Shown here piece after piece: positions 28,257-37,581 of a stretch of DNA of 41,436 bases. The DNA comes from an uncultured Rickettsiales bacterium. GTDB lineage: Bacteria > Pseudomonadota > Alphaproteobacteria > Rickettsiales > UBA1997. The stretch spans positions 1 to 41,436 of the forward strand of contig CALXXG010000079.1 in assembly GCA_944392625.1 (NCBI GenBank), in the 5' to 3' direction. The stretch's first letter is position 1, and each line of letters opens with the position of its first letter. The translations under genes and the position numbers were made by a program. The notes below the pieces were generated by a model that was not told the DNA's origin, made no database searches, and saw nothing but the letters and a program-made list of their open reading frames with translations.

Positions 28257-31200
28257 CTATTTTTGTTCATCTTCATTAATATCATCTTCTATTATTCTAA
28301 TATCATGTTCAGTTTTCTTCTTTTCATCTTTTAACTGTTGAATTAAAGCTTTATCTTGCTGAGAAGGATCTTTAGCTTCTTCTATTGCCAATTGAAATTC
28401 AATACTCTTTTTATTCATTTGAGCAATTTTTAATCTTTGTTGATGCATAACTAAATTTGAATCATGTTCTACAGGTTGTTCATTTGTAGCGGAAGGCATT
28501 AATTCTAAATTACCATCTCCAGATAACATTTCTATAGCTTTTCCACTGCCAAAGAAATCGTCTTGTATACCTTGAACACCAAAGCTATCATCTATACCTT
28601 GTAAAATTAACTCTTGTTGTATTTTTTGTTTTTCACCGTCATCTCCCAAATATCTATCATTTAAATCTTTAATTTCTTGTTGAAGTCTTTCGTAATCTTG
28701 TCTGTACTGTGCGTCTTCCAAGAGTCTTTGTCTATTTTCTTCAAATTCAAGCTGCTGTTTTTGTAAAGAATTAATATAATCATTCTCTAATAATTTTAAT
28801 TTTAAATACTTTTCTCTTTCTTGTCTCTCTAAATCTTCTATTTCTTTATCTCTATCTAATTTTTTTTCATTTTTACTAGCAACTCTTGATTTTTTCTTTA
28901 ACTCGTCTATTCTAGCTTTTCTTAATTCTTCTTCTTTTATCTTTGTTAATCTTCTTTCTTCTGCTAGATAAGCTTCTTTTGTTTGTTTTAGTTGTAGTTC
29001 TAATTGTTGCTTTTCACTATCAGAAATAGCATTCCTTATCTTTTTATTAATTTCATCAACATCTTTATTGTATCTATTTCTATTTTCCTGTAATTGCTTA
29101 TTATATAAATTAATGTCTTTGTTGTAATATTTTTTATATAATTCTGCACGTTTAGCTTCATCTTTCTTCAAATCTTCAGCTAATTTTTTTTGTACTTTAA
29201 TAAAGTCAGCATTCGAACCATTTGTTAATTCTGAGTTTTTGATTCCAAGCTCGTTTGCCATTTTCAATACCATAAATCTTCTATTAAATTCTTCTCTCTG
29301 ATCCTTAGTCATTTCTCTATTTCCAATAGAACCTTTATCCTGTGACATTGATAAAGCGTATTTAGAAGATTTAAAGTCGCCAATACCTGAATAGATATCT
29401 TGAATTTCTTTTAATTCTTTATCAGAACCGGAAGTTAGCAGATTTTTTCTTGCAAAATCATCTAAATGTTTAGACATAAATTCTTGTGCTGTATTCTTGT
29501 CCATATTCATTCCCGTTTTTTTTGCCAAATCTATTGCTTTTGATATTTCTTTTTTCAATGGTTTTTTTATCATTTTATCTATAGCATTAGTTCTAAATGC
29601 TTCTGTCCTTCTATTTATTTCACTAGAACTAATTCCACCTTTCTGTTCTAATTCTTTTCTAAATTCGTTAGTAGCCCAATTTACAGCTTCCATTCCTTTC
29701 AAGCCTTTTCCACCTCCGGTTTTAGCTGTTGCTTGAGATAATAAATCTGAACGTGTCATTGCATCGCCAACTTTATTAGGAACTATTGAAAGCAATTGTT
29801 TTGCACCTTTTCCAATATCTCTTCCTATATCTTTTGCAAAATCTTTTATAGGTTTTGAAATTCTTCCACCATCACCTCCGTCAATATTTTTTTTCAATGC
29901 TTGACCAAGTGTTGGCAAATCTCCGCCAAGTTCACTTTTTCCACCCTTTAATCCACCACCACTTTCACCACCTATATCTATCATACTGTCAACAACATCA
30001 GGCACTTTTTTCATCAATTGTCCAAATAAGTATATTAGAATAAATAAAAATAACAATGAAAGACAAAAATCAAAGAATTTAGGTTTTCCGTTATAAAAAT
30101 TAGCCTTCCATACTTTTAATCCAAAAGAAAAGAATGATAGAACATTATTTAATAATTTACTTTCATCTTCTGTTGAAAATACAGCAGTAAGTAAGGGAAC
30201 TTTACAAACTTCAAAATTTAAAATTTTTTCAAACTGTTCTTTTATAATTGTTGCAAAACTGAAGAAAAATAAGAAAAAGAACGCCATATTTGCAAATCTA
30301 GCTCCAACAAACGCTAACCAATTTTTAAATAAATGTTCTGTAGGTTTAAATAAATAAAAGCATATAAATACTGGTCCTATAATTAATCCTATAATAGCCT
30401 GAATAAACATTAATATATAAGGAAATAAAGCATTTAGTAATTGCCATATATAATAAAGTATTAAAATATATATTAAAGGTATAACTATAAATCCATACCA
30501 TACACCAAAACAAAGACCTAAAATTCTTAATGTAGTAGTTTCAGAAAATAGATATTTTATTAAATTATCAATAAACGCAAATTTAGCAGACATAGAATCA
30601 CTCGCAATATCAACTGCATTTGGATCAAATATTCTATTACTGATATTTGCTATCATTACTACAATACTAGAAAATCCATCAACAAAAAATCTAACTACAA
30701 AATAGTCATAGGTATCCCAACTTGTTATAGTTGTAAAACCTAAAATAAATGTTAGTTTTAATAAAATACCCATTAATTCTTTTGTTGAGTATTCTAGACT
30801 ACCCATTGCAAATTGTAATCCTAAAAATACCATATATAACACTATGAACATTCTAACTGTCCATGCAAACATTGTATCTCTTATTATATAGGTATAAAAT
30901 TGTTTTAGAATACCACCTTCTAAATCACCATATTCATTTCTTTTTCCAACAAAAACTTCTTCTAAGTCTCCTAATATTTTTTCTATTAAACCAGGCTCAC
31001 CTGGAGCTGTAGCACCGCCTCTTATATCTACTATATATTGTCCAGAATTATCATTATAATAGGTATCATATATTAAAAATTTTATTCTTTCATTTTTTCC
31101 AACTTTTTGTGGATTGCCGCCGGATAGTCTTTTATATAAGTAATCGGCTATAAATGTAAAATATATTTTATTAACTTTGTCAATTACATTTCCATTATCA

Positions 31201-32225
31201 TCTTTTATTTCTTGATAACAATTATTTATACCAATTTTATTTTTTACTTTTGATAATGTTGTTACATTTCCATCATTATCATGAAGAAAACCATCATCAC
31301 ATCTTGGATATGCTGTTATATAGTTATTTGGTTTATATGCTATATAATATGCCATATTTGGTCCATTTGTACATGTAGTTTCATTATCTTTAGTAGAACA
31401 TTCAACTTGATAACATTCATCTGGTGTTATGAGTCCATCATCATTTTTATCTGAATAATATGGTTCATCACACATAATTACCGCAGATTTAAGATGAGTT
31501 GCTATATTTGGAAGCGTTACGCCGTTTGCTCCGAAAAATGCTATATACAATCCTTCACCACCAGTCATCCAACAAGGTTTTTGCTGTTCCGGGTTAAGTA
31601 TTTGTGTTTTACATTTACCATTTCTATCTGGATCTGGTTCACATACATTATCACTGCTATATTTTAAACAATTATATTCTTTACAATTTTGGTTATCGTC
31701 ATATTCTATACATCTTTTTCCACGTTCTTCACATTTTCTTTTTAAAGTGTATGAGGATCTAAGATAATCAAATTCACCGTTTATACCATATACTTCTGTG
31801 CCATAATTTTGTGGTTTTGAGCAATAATGAGAATCTGAATTCTGACAATTATAATCAGTTGAATCTTTATTCTCTGTAACTAATGTGCATAATTGTGATT
31901 CTTTTGCCTGTAGAAAACTATTGGCCGCATCTAAATCACCAAAAAATGGTGTCCACATTCCAGAAATATCAAAAATAAAAGATGAACCAGTTGTATATAA
32001 ATTTGTATCTATCCATGTAGATCTTTGAGATAAAACATCATGTTGATAACCATTATTTGTAGACAAAGGAGGATTTGCTGGAACAGTTATTCTATACTCA
32101 CTTCCTTCAGTATATGCTGAAATACATTCGCTTGCCCTTGCTTGAGAAACAAGTAGCATCGTTAACAATGCATAAAAAAGATTGCGAAATGTGTTCATAA
32201 AACTAGAATAAAATTTACTCATCAC
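28257..32225 (-). CDS. virB6: Large Rickettsiales-type VirB6/TrbL type IV secretion protein
   Basis: Signal peptide, large soluble N-domain (DTYYNDNSGQY), central polytopic region (IIGPVFICFYLFKPTEHLFKNWL), long charged coiled-coil C-tail; 1322 aa. Confidence 0.8.
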   Translation of the reverse strand: MMSKFYSSFMNTFRNLFYALLTMLLVSQARASECISAYTEGSEYRITVPANPPLSTNNGYQHDVLSQRSTWIDTNLYTTGSSFIFDISGMWTPFFGDLDAANSFLQAKESQLCTLVTENKDSTDYNCQNSDSHYCSKPQNYGTEVYGINGEFDYLRSSYTLKRKCEERGKRCIEYDDNQNCKEYNCLKYSSDNVCEPDPDRNGKCKTQILNPEQQKPCWMTGGEGLYIAFFGANGVTLPNIATHLKSAVIMCDEPYYSDKNDDGLITPDECYQVECSTKDNETTCTNGPNMAYYIAYKPNNYITAYPRCDDGFLHDNDGNVTTLSKVKNKIGINNCYQEIKDDNGNVIDKVNKIYFTFIADYLYKRLSGGNPQKVGKNERIKFLIYDTYYNDNSGQYIVDIRGGATAPGEPGLIEKILGDLEEVFVGKRNEYGDLEGGILKQFYTYIIRDTMFAWTVRMFIVLYMVFLGLQFAMGSLEYSTKELMGILLKLTFILGFTTITSWDTYDYFVVRFFVDGFSSIVVMIANISNRIFDPNAVDIASDSMSAKFAFIDNLIKYLFSETTTLRILGLCFGVWYGFIVIPLIYILILYYIWQLLNALFPYILMFIQAIIGLIIGPVFICFYLFKPTEHLFKNWLAFVGARFANMAFFFLFFFSFATIIKEQFEKILNFEVCKVPLLTAVFSTEDESKLLNNVLSFFSFGLKVWKANFYNGKPKFFDFCLSLLFLFILIYLFGQLMKKVPDVVDSMIDIGGESGGGLKGGKSELGGDLPTLGQALKKNIDGGDGGRISKPIKDFAKDIGRDIGKGAKQLLSIVPNKVGDAMTRSDLLSQATAKTGGGKGLKGMEAVNWATNEFRKELEQKGGISSSEINRRTEAFRTNAIDKMIKKPLKKEISKAIDLAKKTGMNMDKNTAQEFMSKHLDDFARKNLLTSGSDKELKEIQDIYSGIGDFKSSKYALSMSQDKGSIGNREMTKDQREEFNRRFMVLKMANELGIKNSELTNGSNADFIKVQKKLAEDLKKDEAKRAELYKKYYNKDINLYNKQLQENRNRYNKDVDEINKKIRNAISDSEKQQLELQLKQTKEAYLAEERRLTKIKEEELRKARIDELKKKSRVASKNEKKLDRDKEIEDLERQEREKYLKLKLLENDYINSLQKQQLEFEENRQRLLEDAQYRQDYERLQQEIKDLNDRYLGDDGEKQKIQQELILQGIDDSFGVQGIQDDFFGSGKAIEMLSGDGNLELMPSATNEQPVEHDSNLVMHQQRLKIAQMNKKSIEFQLAIEEAKDPSQQDKALIQQLKDEKKKTEHDIRIIEDDINEDEQK

Positions 32226-32242
32226 GATTTCTTCTGTTAATT

Positions 32243-32327
32243 TGGTACCCGTGGCCGGACTTGAACCGGCACGAACTAAGTTCCACAGATTTTAAGTCTG
32301 TTATGTCTACCATTCCATCACACGGGC
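32243..32327 (-). tRNA. tRNA-Leu(UAA)
   Basis: 85 nt, anticodon arm ACAGA-CTTAAAA-TCTGT, long variable arm, CCA. Confidence 0.96.
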
Positions 32328-32513
32328 AATCATATTAGACAATATAACATATATCTAAATTAAATTGCAAGAAAAAAAATAAAAATTTGTATTTTTTTTC
32401 AAGAGATAGAAAAATTTATTTATAGTCATAAATTAAAAGCTTTTATTTATACTAAAAATCACTTGTAAAATTACAAAGCAATATAAATAATTTATTCTAT
32501 TTTTAAAAATTAT

Positions 32514-32789
32514 TTATAATCCTAATCGTTTTCTTCTTTCTTCGGCTGTAGTTTTTATAATTGAATATGAGGATGGTCTTTTGATATTTAAATTTTTTCT
32601 ATCTTTTGCTGACATTAAACTATCAATATCATATTTTGATTTGTTTTTTCTACTCATTTTTATTTTTTTATTATTTAATAAATTTTTTTTAATAGTAATT
32701 TTTGATTTTTTATGATTTTTTTCTATAATTTTTTTATTTAAATCTTTAATGATAACATCTTCAACTCTTTCATTTATCTTATAATGCAT
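32514..32789 (-). CDS. Small basic hypothetical protein
   Basis: 91-aa ORF with GAGGAAG upstream; no recognisable motif. Confidence 0.45.
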   Translation of the reverse strand: MHYKINERVEDVIIKDLNKKIIEKNHKKSKITIKKNLLNNKKIKMSRKNKSKYDIDSLMSAKDRKNLNIKRPSSYSIIKTTAEERRKRLGL

Positions 32790-32918
32790 TTTTTAATTAT
32801 CTTCCTCTTTATTTCTACATATATTAAATAATTAACATATAATCCAAACTCCCACATTAATATATTCAATCTATACAATCATTAAAGCAAAATTAATTAG
32901 AATAATTATGTGATAAAT

Positions 32919-32995
<77 letters not shown>

Positions 32996-33076
32996 TTAAA
33001 AAGCTTTAAGCCTTTAAAATTATAAATCATATAAAATTAATTTTCAAGTTTTATTTTATAATATAAAAAAATTTTA

Positions 33077-34360
33077 TTAAATTAATGATTCGTATACTCC
33101 ATTTTTTGTTTTTTTAATTTTAATTCTATCTTTAAAAGTTGCTGTTTTGTTGTTATTTTTTGGGAAACATGCAAAAAGACCGGTAAAAAATTTTTTAACA
33201 TTGTTAATTTTTTTATCATATTGTTTCACTTCATTTGATATAGCGATATTATTTAAAATTGTTTCTTCTAACGTATTTGATATTTTTTCTTCTTGAATAA
33301 CTGTTTCTTCAGATTTTTCTTCTAATGATTCATATATTGGTTCTAAAGCTAAAATTGGTTCTTGTTTTGGCTTTATATAATTTTGATATGCCTTATTTTG
33401 TCCCAAAGAAAATTCTAGTTCATCTAAAATATTAGGCTTTGATTCTAATATTGTATATATATCCATCGTTAAACTATCTATAATTCTATCAATTAAAATT
33501 TTTCTCTTTTGATCAAAATCAATATCGGTTCTATTATATAAATCTGTATCCTTCATATGTTCATCTGAAATATTTATATAATATATGCCGTGTCTAAATG
33601 TCGTTCCAACCCCATTTAATTCTATATTTTTATGTTCAAAATTAAAACTTTTAAAATATTCTAAAACTTCAATTTTATTTTCAATATCCAATATTTCATG
33701 AATTTTTTTATGAGTTTCTTTACTTAAAAAAACTAAAAATCTTGGATCTTCTGATGATCTATCTAATTTGGCATGATGACTTTCTTTATTGTAAATTGAA
33801 TAATCTTTTTCATAAAATTCTTCAAGTATTTTACGGTAATTTTCACTTCTTGGAGCTGTACTTTCATGGGCATAAAAAACAGAATCATCTGAATTGATTC
33901 TATAAAATTTTATATTTGAAATCTTATCTTTTTCTGTATCTATGAATTTTATAATAGAGTTAAATTTATTTGAATAATTAATAGATTTGTTATAACAATT
34001 ATTAATATTTGAAAAAATTTTTATTTTTTGTTTTGTTGGTGATGCAAACTCTTCGTTTGATGCTATATTGTCTTTTGTTTTACATGTATTAGAATTGTTT
34101 TCTGTTTCATTATAACTACTATTACTATAGTTTAATTTGTTATAACTATTTTTTGGAGTAATGTAAGAAGAAACCCTTGCATTTTTAATGGCAAGGGTTT
34201 CGTTATTTATATCTTTACTATTTATTTTTGCTTTAATATTATTATTGCGTGTGCGAGAATTTCGAACTGTTACTTGTTCATCACAGTAACTTTTGTTATT
34301 TTTTAAAAAGTATTTATTCTTTACTTTTTTATTAGTAAAACTTTGGCGACCTTTTCCCAC
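33077..34360 (-). CDS. Hypothetical protein with HNH-like His motif
   Basis: 427-aa ORF, GTG start after GGGGGA; HH-x12-L-x4-H-x3-H-like segment SHHAKLDRSSEDPRFLVFLSKETHKKIH. Confidence 0.65.
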   Translation of the reverse strand: MGKGRQSFTNKKVKNKYFLKNNKSYCDEQVTVRNSRTRNNNIKAKINSKDINNETLAIKNARVSSYITPKNSYNKLNYSNSSYNETENNSNTCKTKDNIASNEEFASPTKQKIKIFSNINNCYNKSINYSNKFNSIIKFIDTEKDKISNIKFYRINSDDSVFYAHESTAPRSENYRKILEEFYEKDYSIYNKESHHAKLDRSSEDPRFLVFLSKETHKKIHEILDIENKIEVLEYFKSFNFEHKNIELNGVGTTFRHGIYYINISDEHMKDTDLYNRTDIDFDQKRKILIDRIIDSLTMDIYTILESKPNILDELEFSLGQNKAYQNYIKPKQEPILALEPIYESLEEKSEETVIQEEKISNTLEETILNNIAISNEVKQYDKKINNVKKFFTGLFACFPKNNNKTATFKDRIKIKKTKNGVYESLI

Positions 34361-34588
34361 TTGATCCCCCGATTATGGTTAATATTTCCGCTTGTATTAT
34401 TAAACATTTTTATTTATTTTCAAGCATTTTTTTAGTTTTCTTTTAAATAAAATATAATTAAAAAATATTTATATATATAATATAATTTGTATTTAAATAT
34501 AATAGAATTTTAAAATTGAGTTTTAAAATTTAATTGACTTTTTTTTCAGTATTGTTAAGCTTAACTAAGTTAAAAAATAGGAGTAAAA

Positions 34589-35326
34589 ATGTTTGATGTA
34601 AAGAATAAAAAAGTATTAATAACAGGCGCTTCTGGTGGCATAGGTTATGCTATGGCAAAGTTGTTTTCAGAACATGGTGCTATTGTTGGTCTTTCAGCAC
34701 GAAATGAGGATAAATTAAAAGAATTAGCATCGCAACTAAAGGGTACTAGTTATATCTTCAAAGTTGATTTAGGTAATCTAGAGAGCATTGAAAATTTTAT
34801 AGCAGATGCCGATGAAGGAATGGGTGGGATAGACGTGCTAATATGTAATGCTGGAATAACAAAAGATACTCTAAGTATGAAAATGAAAACTGAAGATTTT
34901 AAAGACGTTATAGATGTAAATTTAACTTCAACTTTTATACTAAATAGAGATATGGCTAGAAAAATGATGAGAAGAAAATATGGCAGAATAATAAATATGT
35001 CTTCAATAGTTGGGGTTATGGGAAATCCGGGACAAGCTAACTATTGTGCTTCAAAAGCCGGCATGATTGGTATGACAAAATCAATAGCGCAAGAATATGC
35101 GTCAAGAGGCATTACAATAAATTGTATAGCTCCAGGTTTTATAAAAACACCTATGACGGATGCTTTAACTGATGAACAAAAAGCGGCGATGCTAGCAAAA
35201 ATACCAGAAGGCAGGTTCGGAAATCCTGAAGATATAGCTAATACAGCATTATTTTTAGCTAGTGATGAAGCATCATATATAACTGGCCAGACAATTCATG
35301 TGAACGGCGGAATGATAATGATATAA
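34589..35326 (+). CDS. fabG: 3-oxoacyl-ACP reductase
   Basis: TGASGGIG, NAGITKD, GNPGQANYCASK, ITGQTIHVNGG. Confidence 0.95.
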   Translation: MFDVKNKKVLITGASGGIGYAMAKLFSEHGAIVGLSARNEDKLKELASQLKGTSYIFKVDLGNLESIENFIADADEGMGGIDVLICNAGITKDTLSMKMKTEDFKDVIDVNLTSTFILNRDMARKMMRRKYGRIINMSSIVGVMGNPGQANYCASKAGMIGMTKSIAQEYASRGITINCIAPGFIKTPMTDALTDEQKAAMLAKIPEGRFGNPEDIANTALFLASDEASYITGQTIHVNGGMIMI

Positions 35327-35364
35327 TTTTATGTTGCCCCAATTATCAATATTTTTTAAAAATA

Positions 35365-35402
35365 AAAATCAACTATAAAAAATATTTTTTATAGTTGATT
35401 TT
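35365..35402. repeat. Perfect 38-bp AT-rich palindrome
   Basis: AAAATCAACTATAAAAAA-TA-TTTTTTATAGTTGATTTT. Confidence 0.8.
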
Positions 35403-35447
35403 AAAAAAATATGTCATATAATAAATAAATGTACTTTAGTAATTAAT

Positions 35448-35475
35448 AAAAAAAGGTTAGATTCTAACCTTTTTT
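35448..35475. terminator. Bidirectional terminator between fabG and serS
   Basis: A-run, GGTTAG-ATT-CTAACC, T-run. Confidence 0.75.
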
Positions 35476-35486
35476 ATAATAAATAA

Positions 35487-36755
35487 TTATTTCTTTTTTA
35501 TAATCGTCTGACCGCCCATATAAGAAACTAGAACATCTGGAACTTTTATAGAACCGTCTTTCTGCTGATAGTTTTCCATAATTGCAATTATTGTTCTTCC
35601 TATTGCTAAAGCTGATCCATTAAGGGTGTGTAAATATACAACCTTGCCATCTTTAGTTCTGTATCTTCCGTTCATTCTTCTAGCTTGGAAATCTCCGCAG
35701 TTAGAACAGCTTGAAATTTCTCTATATTTTTGCTGACCCGGCAGCCATACTTCATGGTCATAAGTTTTTGTAGCCCCAAAACCTGTATCTCCTGTTGACA
35801 ATACAACTGTTTGATAAGGAATGCCTAAAGATTTTAAAATTTCGCTTTCAATTTGACTCATTCTTTCATGCTCTTCTTTAGATTTTTCTGGAGTTGTTAT
35901 AGAAACCATTTCTACTTTTTTGAAGTGGAATTGTCTTAACATACCTCTTGTATCCTTTCCTGCGGATCCTGCTTCGCTTCTAAAACATGATGTGCATGCA
36001 GTTAGTCTAAGTGGCAATTCATCTTCAGATATAATTTTATTTGCGACCCAATTAGTCATTGTAACTTCAGATGTTGGAATTAACCAATAGCCTTCTGTAG
36101 TATGAAAAGCATCTTCTGCAAATTTTGGCAATTGTCCTGTTCCGAACATTGCAATCTCCTTTACTAGTGGCGGCATTGAAGTTTCAATATAACCATATTT
36201 TGCAACAAAATCTATGAAGTAGTTTGATAAAGCTCTTTCTAATTTTGCTAAATCATCAAGCAATATTGTAGATCTGCTGCCATGCAAATAGGCTGCTTGT
36301 TCAAAATCCATCATGCCTAAATTTTCGCCTAACTCATAATGTGGTTTAGGTTCAAAGTCAAATTTTGTTTTTTCGCCCCAAGTTTCAATAACTTTGTTAT
36401 GGCTCTCATCTCCATCAGGAATTCCTTCTTCTAGAATATTAGGTATTCTGATGAGAATTTGATACAATTCATCAGCTTCTTTATTATCTTGAAGTTCTTT
36501 CAATTCATCCATTTTTTTAGCTATTTCATCGGCTTTTTTCATAAGCTCGCTTGCATCTTTCTTCTGTGATTTTAATACGCCGATTTCCTTAGAAATGGAA
36601 TTTCGTTGAGATTGTAATTCTTGCAATTCTGTAATATTTTCTTTTCTTTTATTATTTAATTCAATGATTTTACTAGCCTTCAAATCATAATTTCTTCTTT
36701 CCATCGCTCTGTCGAAAGCTTCAGGATTCTCAACTATCCATTTTAAATCTATCAT
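35487..36755 (-). CDS. serS: Serine--tRNA ligase
   Basis: GTGQLPKF, LIPTSEV, CFRSEAGSAGKDTRG, YREISSCSNC, HTLNGS. Confidence 0.98.
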   Translation of the reverse strand: MIDLKWIVENPEAFDRAMERRNYDLKASKIIELNNKRKENITELQELQSQRNSISKEIGVLKSQKKDASELMKKADEIAKKMDELKELQDNKEADELYQILIRIPNILEEGIPDGDESHNKVIETWGEKTKFDFEPKPHYELGENLGMMDFEQAAYLHGSRSTILLDDLAKLERALSNYFIDFVAKYGYIETSMPPLVKEIAMFGTGQLPKFAEDAFHTTEGYWLIPTSEVTMTNWVANKIISEDELPLRLTACTSCFRSEAGSAGKDTRGMLRQFHFKKVEMVSITTPEKSKEEHERMSQIESEILKSLGIPYQTVVLSTGDTGFGATKTYDHEVWLPGQQKYREISSCSNCGDFQARRMNGRYRTKDGKVVYLHTLNGSALAIGRTIIAIMENYQQKDGSIKVPDVLVSYMGGQTIIKKK

Positions 36756-36823
36756 AGTTTTATAACATTATTAATACCATTATTAATATTACTTTAAAAA
36801 ATATTAATGTAAAGTTTTTAGTG

Positions 36824-37567
36824 CTATTTTTTGTAATTCTTTACTTCTCTATCATTAATTCTTGTCATTTTATTTAACGATTTTTCTAAAGTTGAATTGA
36901 TTTTTTTTATATTTTCGTCATCTTTTATTTCAATCAAATCACCATAATCAATAATTATGGTATTAAATGGAAAAGCTAGTTGGAAAAAATCCCATGTTTT
37001 AAATTGATACTTATTTTTATATGAAATAGAAACGCAGGCTATACCTGTTTTTGTTTTTTGTACGATATCTGTAATTTTGGTATTTAGTCTAAAGGCTGGT
37101 CCGCGTGGTCCATCTGGAGCCAGTACGCAAATTGTACCATTTTTTAACGCTCTCATTGTATTTCTTAACGAGCTTAAACTTTTTTTATTTTTTGCACTTC
37201 CTTTTTTTGGATTGATTGTTGACCCTTCAATAACGCCTATATTGAATGTTGACATTGCCTTTGCTGCTATTTTTCCGTCTCTATGAATAGATGACAAAAC
37301 AACAATTTTTTTATTCTTCTTTAATTCTTCTAAAAATAGCCTATTTAACTCAACAGGAGATATCAAAGAACGTCCATGCCATGTAAATAGAACAATACCT
37401 TTTCCACTATTAACATATTCTTTTATTTTACTATAATCACCTTTAATTATTATTTTAGAAGTTTTATATACAAACCAAATATAAATATGCAATAACCACG
37501 CTATAATTGTTCTTGTTATATTATTATTAAATAAATTTTTAAAAAAATCTTTCATCTCTCTCTCCAA
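36824..37567 (-). CDS. DUF374 acyltransferase (LpxJ-like lipid A late acyltransferase family)
   Basis: TWHGR, SIHRDG, GS, PDGPRGP, WD motifs; directly downstream of msbA. Confidence 0.85.
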   Translation of the reverse strand: MEREMKDFFKNLFNNNITRTIIAWLLHIYIWFVYKTSKIIIKGDYSKIKEYVNSGKGIVLFTWHGRSLISPVELNRLFLEELKKNKKIVVLSSIHRDGKIAAKAMSTFNIGVIEGSTINPKKGSAKNKKSLSSLRNTMRALKNGTICVLAPDGPRGPAFRLNTKITDIVQKTKTGIACVSISYKNKYQFKTWDFFQLAFPFNTIIIDYGDLIEIKDDENIKKINSTLEKSLNKMTRINDREVKNYKK

Positions 37568-37581
37568 ATACTAATTCTCAA

